Shown one piece after another: positions 20,169-29,674 of a stretch of 64,000 bases of DNA. A model generated the notes under the pieces. The model was given only the letters and a program-made list of their open reading frames with translations, ran no database searches and was not told the origin of the DNA. Within the stretch, counting starts at the first letter, position 1. Every line of letters begins with the position of its first letter. Both the position numbers and the translations under genes were made by a program. This DNA comes from Escherichia phage vB_EcoM_OE5505, in sequence record NC_054926.1. One strand, written 5' to 3'.

Positions 20169-21595
20169 TAAAATTTTAATTCATTTGCCAAAGCATCTAA
20201 CTGAGCTCGAGCGGATTCGTTTCTTTGATAGCGATTCTGTTCAGCCTGAATTTGCTGTGAACCTGCTACTTCGTTCACTTCAGTTGGAGTAGAATCTTGT
20301 TCAATTTCTACCCATTTCTGATTTCCTTTTTGAACACCCATCAAAAACTTATTCCATTTATTCTTATCACCGTATCGTGATTTGATTTGCTTAATGAGTT
20401 GTTGTTCAGCAGCTGCTAGCTCCTCGGTTTCAATGACCGCAAGCATAAAATCAGCTGTTGCTGGAAGACCGGCAGATTCTGCAATATCGCTCATGTTAAC
20501 ATCAGAAGAATCCCAAGCTTGTTTACCAACCTGTGCTGCAGTCCAAAGAACAGTTTCGGTTTCAACAGCAAGAGCACGTAATTCCTCTGCAATGGCTTTA
20601 ACAGTTGTGTAACTATTTTCTGAATAAACTCTGATGCGACAAGATTTACAAATACCTAGATAGTCGACAATAATGATTGTTGGAACAAAATTCTTCTTGA
20701 GCTTTAATTCATTTAAAAGTGATCGAAATGTATTAGCGTCTGCTCCACCAGTAGGATATTGCTTAACGATTAAACGACCAAGGGTAGATTTCTCACGCCA
20801 TTTTTCCATTTTTCCTTTATACTCAGCGTAAGAAATATGTCCATCATCAATATCGTCAAGAGAAACATCGAGCATGTTAGCATCAATACGTTTAGCACAG
20901 ACTTCTTCTGCCATTTCCATGGAGATATAAAGAACGTTATGACCAAGCTGCAAATAATCTGCTGCTAATGAACACAGACCTAATGACTTACCAACGTTAA
21001 CGCCAGCCATTAAAACGTTCAGTGTTCCAGTCTCAGCTCCGCCTTTAGTAATTTTGTTTAGAATTCTGAGTTTAAATGGAACCTTACGAGCTTTATTCAT
21101 ATAAGATAGCCAACGTGCTTCGTAGTCATCCATCCAATCATGACCAACGTAGCTATCAAATGAAATTGATAATGCTTGGCGCATGATGTCAGGAATAGCA
21201 CCTACATCTGGCATTTTCTTATTTCGTTTTTCCGGAGGAAGCTCAGCATTAGTTTGAATTTCGATTATTTTAGACGTAGCATTAAACATCGCCCTTTGCT
21301 GAACATATTTTTCTGTTTCTTTTATTAACCAACTGTGGTCTTCCGGAGAATCAGCCAGTTTTGAAATAAGTGTTTTTACACCAGAATATTCTGTTTCAGT
21401 AAATGAACTATTTTCTAATGCAACATTTAACGCATTAATAGATGGAACGCTATGATACTCATTGACATGAGATTTAATTAATTTGAATGTATTTTTAGCT
21501 GGACCACTTTCAAAATATTCTGAATCCATATATGGCCAAACTTTTGAAAAATAAGCTTGATCAAATATGAGATGAGAAAGAATAATTTCTACCAC
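20168..21595 (-). CDS. 41: replicative DNA helicase gp41 (DnaB-like, 475 aa)
   Basis: Walker A GVNVGKS, RecA-like core; size matches. Confidence 0.9.
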   Translation of the reverse strand: MVEIILSHLIFDQAYFSKVWPYMDSEYFESGPAKNTFKLIKSHVNEYHSVPSINALNVALENSSFTETEYSGVKTLISKLADSPEDHSWLIKETEKYVQQRAMFNATSKIIEIQTNAELPPEKRNKKMPDVGAIPDIMRQALSISFDSYVGHDWMDDYEARWLSYMNKARKVPFKLRILNKITKGGAETGTLNVLMAGVNVGKSLGLCSLAADYLQLGHNVLYISMEMAEEVCAKRIDANMLDVSLDDIDDGHISYAEYKGKMEKWREKSTLGRLIVKQYPTGGADANTFRSLLNELKLKKNFVPTIIIVDYLGICKSCRIRVYSENSYTTVKAIAEELRALAVETETVLWTAAQVGKQAWDSSDVNMSDIAESAGLPATADFMLAVIETEELAAAEQQLIKQIKSRYGDKNKWNKFLMGVQKGNQKWVEIEQDSTPTEVNEVAGSQQIQAEQNRYQRNESARAQLDALANELKF

Positions 21596-21604
21596 ACTTA
21601 CTCC

Positions 21605-21967
21605 TTAAAAGAATTTAAATTTTTTCTTTGACCTTTTATTAAATGCATCTTGTAGTTGCATTGTAATACATTTTTCTACATGAGGAGCTAACTCAGCTTT
21701 TCTTTCTTGGTCAAGAACAGCAAAGTCCATTACAACCTTTCCATCAACCCAATCCAGTTTAGTTACATACACTATATGTGTAGAACCATCTTCTAGTTTA
21801 ATGACAATCTCCTGGATAACATTTTCCATAGCAGATTTAATTATCTTAAGAGACTCATTAAAAAGACGTTCTTTTCTTTCTTCTTCCCCCTCCGAAGAGG
21901 GGGATTCATCGATAATTTCTAGATCTAAATCTAAATCATCTTTATTCATTAAATTCTTCCATATCAC
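21605..21967 (-). CDS. 40: gp40-like head assembly protein (120 aa)
   Basis: Position between uvsX and 41; contains in-frame UUCG hairpin near N-terminus. Confidence 0.55.
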   Translation of the reverse strand: MIWKNLMNKDDLDLDLEIIDESPSSEGEEERKERLFNESLKIIKSAMENVIQEIVIKLEDGSTHIVYVTKLDWVDGKVVMDFAVLDQERKAELAPHVEKCITMQLQDAFNKRSKKKFKFF

Positions 21968-23123
21968 TTAACTGTTCGAGGTCAGTTTCTAAATCAGCAG
22001 CTGATTTACTTTTACTTTCTGGAGATTTAAATTTTTCAACCTTTGAGTTAATCAATTCATCAACTTCAGCTTCAACAATTTCATTACTATCAATAGCACC
22101 TAACTGATAAGCACGTTTAATAGCATCTCGGAATGGTTGATGCTTAAATAAAGGACCCCAGAATGTAGTGCAGTTGGTATCTTTTGCACGCCAAGATTTT
22201 TCTTCGCGAATCATCTCGCCGGTTTCTTCGTCAAGAAATTCACGAGCATACCAACCATTTTTAGGTTTTACTACAAATCCTAATTCTAGAGCCATATCTA
22301 ACAATCCAGAATAAGGATCGATACCACCGTCAAATTTAACATCAATAAAGAATTTACTTTTTTCTTTAACGGTACGAGATTTTTCTACATTTAGAACAAA
22401 TTGATACCCCTGAAGATCAGAACCATCTTTAATTTGACGTTTACCGATAATGAATACAGTATCAGCCGAATACATTACGCCTGTACCGCCTGTCATCACG
22501 GTTTTACTAAACATTTCAATTGTTTCAATTGTATGGTTAACCGCAACGCACGGAATATTTTTAATGCTAAAGTAAGGAGTAACAATACGGAATAATGACT
22601 TCAGTGATTTAGCACGAGTCATATCTGCCACAGATTTTTCATTCAAGGCATCTTCCGTTTCTTTCTTGGAAGCCATATTACCAATTGAGTCGATGAATAC
22701 AATAACCTTTTCACCACGCTCAATAGCTTCAAGCTGGTTCACCATATCAATTTTCAGTTGTTCAACTGACTGAATCGGCGTATGAATTACTCGTTCCGGG
22801 TCAACTCCCATGGATCGCAAATAAGCTGGAGTAATACCAAATTCGCTATCATAGAATAGACAAACCGCGTCAGGATATTTGTTCAAATATGCCGCAACCA
22901 TAGTCAAAGACATATTTGATTTAAAGTGTTTAGAAGGCCCTGCGAAAATAGTTAAACCAGACTGCATACCGCCATCAATCGCACCAGAAATAGCAATATT
23001 AAGCATTGGAATTTTTGTACGAATTACATCCTTTTCATTAAAGAATTTAGATGTAGTCAGTTCAGCAGTCATTTTAGAAGTGGAAGCTTTAATCAAACGG
23101 GATTTTAAATCTGCAATAGACAT
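21942..23123 (-). CDS. uvsX: UvsX recombinase (RecA-like, 393 aa)
   Basis: Walker A GPSKHFKS; sequence closely resembles T4 UvsX. Confidence 0.9.
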   Translation of the reverse strand: MSIADLKSRLIKASTSKMTAELTTSKFFNEKDVIRTKIPMLNIAISGAIDGGMQSGLTIFAGPSKHFKSNMSLTMVAAYLNKYPDAVCLFYDSEFGITPAYLRSMGVDPERVIHTPIQSVEQLKIDMVNQLEAIERGEKVIVFIDSIGNMASKKETEDALNEKSVADMTRAKSLKSLFRIVTPYFSIKNIPCVAVNHTIETIEMFSKTVMTGGTGVMYSADTVFIIGKRQIKDGSDLQGYQFVLNVEKSRTVKEKSKFFIDVKFDGGIDPYSGLLDMALELGFVVKPKNGWYAREFLDEETGEMIREEKSWRAKDTNCTTFWGPLFKHQPFRDAIKRAYQLGAIDSNEIVEAEVDELINSKVEKFKSPESKSKSAADLETDLEQLSDMEEFNE

Positions 23124-23200
23124 TCATTTTTTCCATAGGCATCATTATATTTTCCTCACTGGTTAAAGATAGAGTAATTATAACACAATAAATTTAGGCA

Positions 23201-24043
23201 TTAATCAACTGCTATTGGATGAATAGCATTAAACTTATGAAATGCTTCTGATTTTTCTTTGCGCGAAACACACATGCGAAGAACCTTTAATGGCTCGTCT
23301 TCTTCACCCAACGATTTTCGTTTTTCAATATTAGAAGTTTTCCAACGAGCTTGCTCTGGAAACTCTCTATTGATTTGCTCAAGCGCTCTATTATGTTTAG
23401 AATTACTACGAATTGAACTGCACCCTCCAGGAGCTTGTGCTTTTCCAGATACAACCAGATATTTGAACAAGGCCAAATGCGGATAACCTTGATTAATTAA
23501 ATTGAGAAATGCATACATATCTTCGCACAAATCAATTTTTCCATACCCAATTTGTTCTGTCGTAAGTTTTCCAAGGTCATACCATGTATTCGTGAATCCA
23601 TATGAATTTTCACGATAATTACCCCAAGATGAAGTAATTTTAAAAATTGGTAGGCGAGCATGACCGTGATAATACCCACAATCCATGGCATCTTCGACGT
23701 ATTGAATCAATTCATAGAACTGTTCACGAGTCAATTGATTGACTTTATCCACACAACGACGATCATCTCTTTTTCGCATTGAACTCATACGAATAGTAGT
23801 ATCATCGTCAATCATCCAGATTCGTTGACCTGCATACATATCAGTAATTGCTTTACGAGTACCGGCAATTCCATTAACATCATCAGGAATAGTTACAATT
23901 TTAGCTTTAGACCCATAGGCATCATAATAAGCTTTTTCTTCATGTTCACGTACTACGATATGAGGTTCATAATCAGTCGGAAACATATCAAGGGCAGAAA
24001 CTGCCCCTACACGTTGATAGCTCGGAATTACGAATTGAATCAT
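23201..24043 (-). CDS. glucosyltransferase-position protein (280 aa), probably beta-glucosyl-HMC alpha-glucosyltransferase
   Basis: Occupies T4 beta-gt position but is 280 aa not 351; inference from T2/T6 biology. Confidence 0.45.
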   Translation of the reverse strand: MIQFVIPSYQRVGAVSALDMFPTDYEPHIVVREHEEKAYYDAYGSKAKIVTIPDDVNGIAGTRKAITDMYAGQRIWMIDDDTTIRMSSMRKRDDRRCVDKVNQLTREQFYELIQYVEDAMDCGYYHGHARLPIFKITSSWGNYRENSYGFTNTWYDLGKLTTEQIGYGKIDLCEDMYAFLNLINQGYPHLALFKYLVVSGKAQAPGGCSSIRSNSKHNRALEQINREFPEQARWKTSNIEKRKSLGEEDEPLKVLRMCVSRKEKSEAFHKFNAIHPIAVD

Positions 24044-24681
24044 TTAAGTGCCTTACATTTGTCAAAATGGTATCTTGTCATATTTGGCCCACGTCCTTTT
24101 AGTCCGCAATGCGGACATATTTTTTCTATCAAATTATGAGGTTTTCCTTTACGATTTTTAGACATCGTTTCTTTAATTATTTTAGCTTTTTCTACGCCAA
24201 AAATTTCTTCATAAGTTTTACCAGAATTTTCCTTGGCTCGATTTATAATTCCATATGCCTGCTCATTTTTACCATACATTGGATTACCTTCGCCTTTCAT
24301 TCTTTTAGAATGATCAGGACGCTTGATTCCACGAAAGGCATTTCCGCACTTATATCTTTCTTCTGGAGATAGTTTTTTACCGTACATTCCATTTAATTTG
24401 CCTGGAAAACTTCCTCCCCATGCTTCATTCTTTAAATTATATGAATCCGGACAATTAGCAGCATCTAAACAAGTTAAAATAATTTCTTCAACCTGTCTAA
24501 ACATTGGTCCTTCATATAATATTTCTTTATTAAAGAATTTTATTCCATATTTCTTTTTAGCATGTTTCCAAACTACACCCGAACCATCATAATTCGGGTT
24601 GTGACCATCATGACTTCCTATATACCACTTTTTAGTTTTAGGATGTTTATACTTATAAACATGTGGCACATTTACTTCCAT
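24040..24681 (-). CDS. GIY-YIG homing endonuclease (Seg-like, 213 aa) with NUMOD-like repeats and C-terminal zinc finger
   Basis: KWYIGS...YDGSG GIY-YIG motifs; repeated GNPMYGK / RKGKPH elements; CPHCG...C. Confidence 0.7.
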   Translation of the reverse strand: MEVNVPHVYKYKHPKTKKWYIGSHDGHNPNYDGSGVVWKHAKKKYGIKFFNKEILYEGPMFRQVEEIILTCLDAANCPDSYNLKNEAWGGSFPGKLNGMYGKKLSPEERYKCGNAFRGIKRPDHSKRMKGEGNPMYGKNEQAYGIINRAKENSGKTYEEIFGVEKAKIIKETMSKNRKGKPHNLIEKICPHCGLKGRGPNMTRYHFDKCKALK

Positions 24682-25412
24682 TTTCCAGTATAATCCTTTT
24701 TAGCAATATGAGTCTCACCGGTGTTCCACCAATGGTCAACTAAATAAAACTGATTTTCGTACACATGAAGACTTCCAACGTTCCATATAATAGAACCTGC
24801 TTTATATTGCCGCGATGGGTCGCCTGCATTCAAATCAGATACTAATTTATCTAGTACGTATTTTTGCCAAGCATAATCATTACGATAGCCTGCCCAGCAA
24901 TCATTGCTTCTCATGCTAACAACCGCATTGACTTTCTTATCACGAATCAGGTACTGTACTGTATTAGTACACATGAAATCTGACATACCATCTTTATTGT
25001 AGTCAAATTGCATGGATGGACGAGTATAAATCATGATACCACGTCGAGAATCAGGATTTTGACCAAGTTCAGCTAAACACATATCATACTGGGCATAGTT
25101 ATCTTCTGACCAAATAGCCCAACCATAATTCGAGTTAATTTCACCTTTAGAAGATGCTACCTGCTGCCAAATTTTCGGTGTTTCACCTGGAATATCTTTA
25201 ACAAACAAGCTTTTAGATTTATACCATTCAAGTTCACGCTGAATGTATTCATCATTAAGAGCGCCAAAAATAAACGGTTCATCTGCTACAAATGATGCGC
25301 CAATAATTTCAATAGTTTTAACACCAGTTTTATCAACTACGAAATCTTTTTCTTTTAATGCAAGCCCCAAATGAAGACGGATTTCTTCAACTGTCATAGA
25401 GTCACTAATCAT
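24672..25412 (-). CDS. 42: dCMP hydroxymethylase gp42 (246 aa)
   Basis: Thymidylate synthase-like fold, sequence matches T4 gp42 as recalled. Confidence 0.9.
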   Translation of the reverse strand: MISDSMTVEEIRLHLGLALKEKDFVVDKTGVKTIEIIGASFVADEPFIFGALNDEYIQRELEWYKSKSLFVKDIPGETPKIWQQVASSKGEINSNYGWAIWSEDNYAQYDMCLAELGQNPDSRRGIMIYTRPSMQFDYNKDGMSDFMCTNTVQYLIRDKKVNAVVSMRSNDCWAGYRNDYAWQKYVLDKLVSDLNAGDPSRQYKAGSIIWNVGSLHVYENQFYLVDHWWNTGETHIAKKDYTGKWK

Positions 25413-25419
25413 TTAAACC

Positions 25420-25569
25420 TCAATTGATACATTCATATTTAACTTGTAACAGTAATAAACTCCAACCTAAAATAATAGTTGGAATCATAAGAGGAACCGT
25501 TACACTATAGTATATACTTATTATAATCATCAAGATTAAAAGCAACACTGTTATAATTTTGCTTTTCAT
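25420..25569 (-). CDS. small membrane protein (49 aa)
   Basis: Hand-translated hydrophobic ORF between imm and 42. Confidence 0.4.
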   Translation of the reverse strand: MKSKIITVLLLILMIIISIYYSVTVPLMIPTIILGWSLLLLQVKYECIN

Positions 25570-25817
25570 TCCTTCTCTCTGATGATAATTACCTGGTTTG
25601 GTTGTGCAGACTTTTTAGTTTCACCCGCAATTGACCAAATAAATGTAATAAACCAACCAATAATTGACCAGTTAAACAGTAAAGATGTGAAAAAGATTCC
25701 TACTGTCGATTTTGACCCACGCATCAAGGCGATAAACCATGGAAGCATGTATATAATAATAGCCAACACACCTGAAACTAAAACCATAAAAATTGAACCT
25801 GCTACTAAAGTTTCCAT
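25566..25817 (-). CDS. imm: superinfection immunity protein Imm (83 aa, membrane)
   Basis: Two TM segments; size and position as T4 imm. Confidence 0.8.
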   Translation of the reverse strand: METLVAGSIFMVLVSGVLAIIIYMLPWFIALMRGSKSTVGIFFTSLLFNWSIIGWFITFIWSIAGETKKSAQPNQVIIIREKE

Positions 25818-25824
25818 GTTTTCC

Positions 25825-26205
25825 TCACTTAGTCAAATTTTTTACGCATGAATTATAAGAATTCACTACATACTCCATCGGAGCATTTTTACCGGTACGC
25901 CATTGGTAATTATTAGCCCAATTTGCCCAAAGCTCGGCGCAGTAGTTTTCAATTTTTTCTTCGCGTGTAATTACATCAGAATTACGATATGCTTGAGCAG
26001 ATTCATCTGGACGAATAGCCTCGTCAAAATTCGCCTGCATTTGTTCTACTGTCTGTTTTGGAGCTTCTTTATAACACTTGACATTAGGATTATAAAACTT
26101 GCTTGAACAGTTTACAATTTTTCCTACATCAGACTGATTTACTACCGGTCCTTGAGCTACACAACCAGTAAGACCTAATGCAATAACCAAAATAGCGATT
26201 TTCAT
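25825..26205 (-). CDS. putative lipoprotein (126 aa)
   Basis: Signal peptide with LTGC lipobox. Confidence 0.55.
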   Translation of the reverse strand: MKIAILVIALGLTGCVAQGPVVNQSDVGKIVNCSSKFYNPNVKCYKEAPKQTVEQMQANFDEAIRPDESAQAYRNSDVITREEKIENYCAELWANWANNYQWRTGKNAPMEYVVNSYNSCVKNLTK

Positions 26206-26215
26206 AATAATTTCC

Positions 26216-26452
26216 TCAAATGCAAGTAGTAATTACTCCAGTAGTGCTTATGCAGGTATTACCCATTTGCACACCTAAAGATCCATTTGTATTCACATGA
26301 AGATTATCATCAATTTTAACTGATATTTTACCATTAGTGTGAATAACAGTGCTAGATTCAATCACAGGTTGAGTATCATTTTCAACACTAACAAATGGAA
26401 CTGCTGCTAATGCAACTAAACAAACTGCTAAGCATCCCATAACAATTTTCAT
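26216..26452 (-). CDS. secreted/membrane small protein (78 aa)
   Basis: Start reassigned to MKIVMGCL; upstream 19 codons of track ORF are the early promoter. Confidence 0.5.
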   Translation of the reverse strand: MKIVMGCLAVCLVALAAVPFVSVENDTQPVIESSTVIHTNGKISVKIDDNLHVNTNGSLGVQMGNTCISTTGVITTCI

Positions 26453-26487
26453 TTTATTCTCCAAATCCGTATCAGTAGTTGATAGTT

Positions 26488-26519
26488 GTATAGTACCATG
26501 GAAGAACATTCTTGTAAAC
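26488..26519 (-). promoter_or_regulatory. T4-type early promoter with conserved leader
   Basis: GTTTAC 26514-26519, TGGTACTATAC -10. Confidence 0.6.
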
Positions 26520-26606
26520 AGTTTTGTGAAAATTTTTTAGGGAATTCTAAATGTCCAGAATCATCTGTTTTTCATAAGTATAGATTTATATTACTTGTAT
26601 GAAAAA

Positions 26607-26622
26607 GGGACCCGGAGGTCCC
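26607..26622 (-). terminator. hairpin terminator downstream of gene 43
   Basis: gggacc-cgga-ggtccc. Confidence 0.55.
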
Positions 26623-26635
26623 TAGATTTATTCTA

Positions 26636-29332
26636 TCAGCCAAACAGGAAGTCTAACGAAGCTTTTTCTTCATAGTCCATACCAGCCGATTCACACATGC
26701 CCGCAAGCGGTTTAACAAACGATTTTTGGAACAAAGTTGAGTAGTCAATCCAAGACAGTACGTCAGAACGAATTTCTTTTGGAAGTTCTGTACCCGACGG
26801 CCAAGCAATGCATTTGTCACCAAATGGATTTCCTTCACGCAATGGAAGAACCATTACTTTATTTCCATCCAAAATTGGAGCTACACCTAAACCGCTAACA
26901 GCTCGACGATAAGTTAGCACACCACGAATATGGAACGGACATTTAAATCCTGGCCAACCTTTATCATCATATTTCGCTATATCGTTCGCAGTTTTTACTT
27001 CAGCAATAACTTTATAGTCAAGTTGACGATATTCTTTCTCGAAGTTCTTGTAATATTCTTGGACAGACTCTTCACCTTCCTGAAGAATACGACGAATACT
27101 TTCTTCGAGAGCTTCTTGGACCGCTTTAGGCGTTGAACTCTGCTGAGTTTCCATACCCATGATTTTTAGATGTGGTTCAGCAAAACGCTTATCTTCCATA
27201 TCATAAACGTTCAGAGCATAACGCTTTTTCGCTTTCCAAAATCCACCAACGCCCTTTGAACCAAGTGGAGGGCAAGAAATAGCTTCACGGTCCATATGCA
27301 TCAGATGCTCGCGGTTATTCATATAATCACATAACTCACGATATGCAACATCAATCATAGGTTCCATCTTTTTCTTACCGAACTGATTCATGAATTCAAC
27401 TAAATCGTTCTGCTCTTTGAATCGGTCAAGACCAACTTTTTCAATAACTTTATCTACACAAACATATACCGAATCAGTATCACCTGCTGCAATGAAATCT
27501 TCGCCATTAGTTCCGCATACTTTATTCAGATATTCATTAATTTTACGAGCAATCCACTGAATACCGACTTGGCCAAAAATTGTGATAGCAGTAGCATTTC
27601 GCAAATCATAGTAACGGAAATGAATATTACCAAGAGCACCATAAAGACTGTTAATGAGAATTTTACGGTTCAGCTGATTTGTATTAGCAAGTGTAGCCGC
27701 TTTTTCACATTCTTCAATCAGACTATTGAGAACAGATTCGGTGTAATTCGACAGTTCATTTAAAAAATCATCAGTGAACTTAACATATCGTTCAACTTCT
27801 GGTTTAGTTGAACAAGACCCTGCGCCTTTCATAATAATCTTTTTAATAGCTTCGGCATTCATTTCTTCAGCGAACATTTTCTTTTTCCAGTCTTTACGCT
27901 GGAAAAATACTTTAGCGATTTCCTTTGGAATGATACCTTCTTGATGCTTATCATACATCCATCCATTCGGAGAACAAGAATATTCTTCACTTGGCTTAGG
28001 AGCTGTTCCTGCGATATATTCATGAATTGGATGAACTTTAAATTGTCCACGAATAGTCTCAGGACTAATGTTAACCTGACGAATAATGCTCGGATACAGA
28101 GACGTCAAGTCAAAACTCATAATATATCGACGAGCAATTGGTTTAGGTTCAAATACAAATGCACCCGGAAAACTCTGTTTAACGTGCGAACCTTGTTGAG
28201 GAATAACCTTATGTTCACCTTTCAATGAGTTAAAAATAATAGCATCCCAAGTTTTAATAGGACTCATTACACCAGAAAAAGGCATTTTAGCGTAATAAGA
28301 CATACTTAAAACTAGATCGATAAACCCGCGAATTTTATCAATTGCTTGAACTGATTCTACGTCAATGATGTTATAACTAATGTATCGCTGATGATTAGTC
28401 TCACGAAGTTTATTAATAGGACCGTCGTATGGTAATTTACCTTTTTTGGTTTCATTTTGAGCAACTGATTCCAAAGAGAATGACGGCAAATTAGTAAAAG
28501 CGAATTTCTTGTACAAATCTAAATAATCAAGAATAGATACGCCATCAATAGAATAAATTTCTTTGCTACCGTACATATTTTGAATTAGTTTAGATTTTAC
28601 CCGACCGATTGGAGAGAAACGTTTCATACTGCGTTCACCTAGAATCATTTTAACGCGATTCATGATATACGGAACGTCAAATCCCTCAATATTCCAACCA
28701 GTAAAAATAGCAGGTCGTTTCTGTTCCCAGAGATTGATATATTCCATGAGCATATCACGCTCATTATCAAATGGCATATAAATTACTCGGTCAAGAATTT
28801 CTTGAGGAACTTCATCGCCACCTTCACAGTCAAGCTTAGCAGCTAACTTTGCATCCCATTTTGATACTGAACCGTACATTGAATTCAAAAGGTCGAAAAC
28901 ATAAAAACGGTCATCAATTGAATCGTAATGAGTGATAGCATCAATTTCATATTCTGCTTTCATTGGGTCAGGAAATTTATCACCAGTAACCTCAATGTCA
29001 CAGTTAGCTACACGAACAAATTTTCGGTCATAAACAATTTCTGAACCATATGTATCACTGATATAAGCGAGTTTAAAATCGTTCATACCGAGAGCTTCGA
29101 GACCGATGTCTTCCATTCGTTTCATCCAATCTCGAGCATCTTTCATTGATGGAAATTTTTGAGGAGCGCAGTTTTTACCATAGATGTCTTTGTATTTTGA
29201 CTCTTCCTTACAATGCCTAAACATAGTCGGAAGATATTCTACTTCACGAGTACGTTCCTTTCCGTTTTCATCAATATAACGTTCAACAATGTTATTTCCG
29301 ACTGTTTCAATAGAGATATAAAATTCTTTCAT
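26636..29332 (-). CDS. 43: DNA polymerase gp43 (family B, 898 aa)
   Basis: Exo and pol motifs (DIE, YGDTDS); size identical to T4 gp43. Confidence 0.95.
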   Translation of the reverse strand: MKEFYISIETVGNNIVERYIDENGKERTREVEYLPTMFRHCKEESKYKDIYGKNCAPQKFPSMKDARDWMKRMEDIGLEALGMNDFKLAYISDTYGSEIVYDRKFVRVANCDIEVTGDKFPDPMKAEYEIDAITHYDSIDDRFYVFDLLNSMYGSVSKWDAKLAAKLDCEGGDEVPQEILDRVIYMPFDNERDMLMEYINLWEQKRPAIFTGWNIEGFDVPYIMNRVKMILGERSMKRFSPIGRVKSKLIQNMYGSKEIYSIDGVSILDYLDLYKKFAFTNLPSFSLESVAQNETKKGKLPYDGPINKLRETNHQRYISYNIIDVESVQAIDKIRGFIDLVLSMSYYAKMPFSGVMSPIKTWDAIIFNSLKGEHKVIPQQGSHVKQSFPGAFVFEPKPIARRYIMSFDLTSLYPSIIRQVNISPETIRGQFKVHPIHEYIAGTAPKPSEEYSCSPNGWMYDKHQEGIIPKEIAKVFFQRKDWKKKMFAEEMNAEAIKKIIMKGAGSCSTKPEVERYVKFTDDFLNELSNYTESVLNSLIEECEKAATLANTNQLNRKILINSLYGALGNIHFRYYDLRNATAITIFGQVGIQWIARKINEYLNKVCGTNGEDFIAAGDTDSVYVCVDKVIEKVGLDRFKEQNDLVEFMNQFGKKKMEPMIDVAYRELCDYMNNREHLMHMDREAISCPPLGSKGVGGFWKAKKRYALNVYDMEDKRFAEPHLKIMGMETQQSSTPKAVQEALEESIRRILQEGEESVQEYYKNFEKEYRQLDYKVIAEVKTANDIAKYDDKGWPGFKCPFHIRGVLTYRRAVSGLGVAPILDGNKVMVLPLREGNPFGDKCIAWPSGTELPKEIRSDVLSWIDYSTLFQKSFVKPLAGMCESAGMDYEEKASLDFLFG

Positions 29333-29335
29333 AGA

Positions 29336-29372
29336 TATTCCTTAGTTTATAGCCCGAGTTATTAGGCTCTTG
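29336..29372 (-). promoter_or_regulatory. gene 43 translational operator (hairpin with AAUAACUC loop overlapping SD)
   Basis: mRNA sequence GAGCCUAAUAACUCGGGCUAUAAACUAAGGAAUAUCUAUG matches the T4 gp43 operator as recalled. Confidence 0.6.
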
Positions 29373-29391
29373 ATATATTATACTCCAATTA

Positions 29392-29407
29392 AGGGGCCGA
29401 AGCCCCT
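29392..29407 (-). terminator. UUCG tetraloop hairpin terminator
   Basis: aggggc-cgaa-gcccct. Confidence 0.55.
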
Positions 29408-29410
29408 TGC

Positions 29411-29674
29411 TTAAATTAGTACTATTTGTCGGGTGAAAATTGTCAATCCATCTGCATTAATTGACTTAACGACCGCGGTAAAGTGTTTTTGTTCTGGGTG
29501 AACTAATTTTTGAAATTCTACCTGAAATTTTAGTTGAAGGTTTTCTGGTAAATCGAAAAGTGTTTCTGTTGCAGAAAGATTATATTTTTCTTTAAGAGAC
29601 GCCATGTATTCTTGCGGAGTTATAGCAGTCATATTAATTACCAATCGTATATTTAGGAACGAGTTTCCATTCAT
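29411..29674 (-). CDS. hypothetical small protein between regA and gene 43 (87 aa by track; 73 aa from ATG overlapping regA stop)
   Basis: ORF ending immediately before terminator hairpin; TAATTAATATG overlap with regA stop. Confidence 0.4.
   Translation of the reverse strand: MNGNSFLNIRLVINMTAITPQEYMASLKEKYNLSATETLFDLPENLQLKFQVEFQKLVHPEQKHFTAVVKSINADGLTIFTRQIVLI

Noticed and set aside
21881-21902. Inverted repeat considered as possible transposon terminal repeat or CRISPR-like repeat
   Set aside because: Single copy, forms a simple UUCG hairpin typical of T4 RNA structures; no spacer array or paired copy found.
26452-26509. N-terminal extensions containing 'GTIQLSTT' in several track ORFs (26216-26509, 51136-51723, 52128-53264, 56939-57172)
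   Set aside because: The peptide is the translation of the conserved early promoter/leader (TGGTACTATACAACTATCAACT); real starts are the downstream ATGs with RBS.
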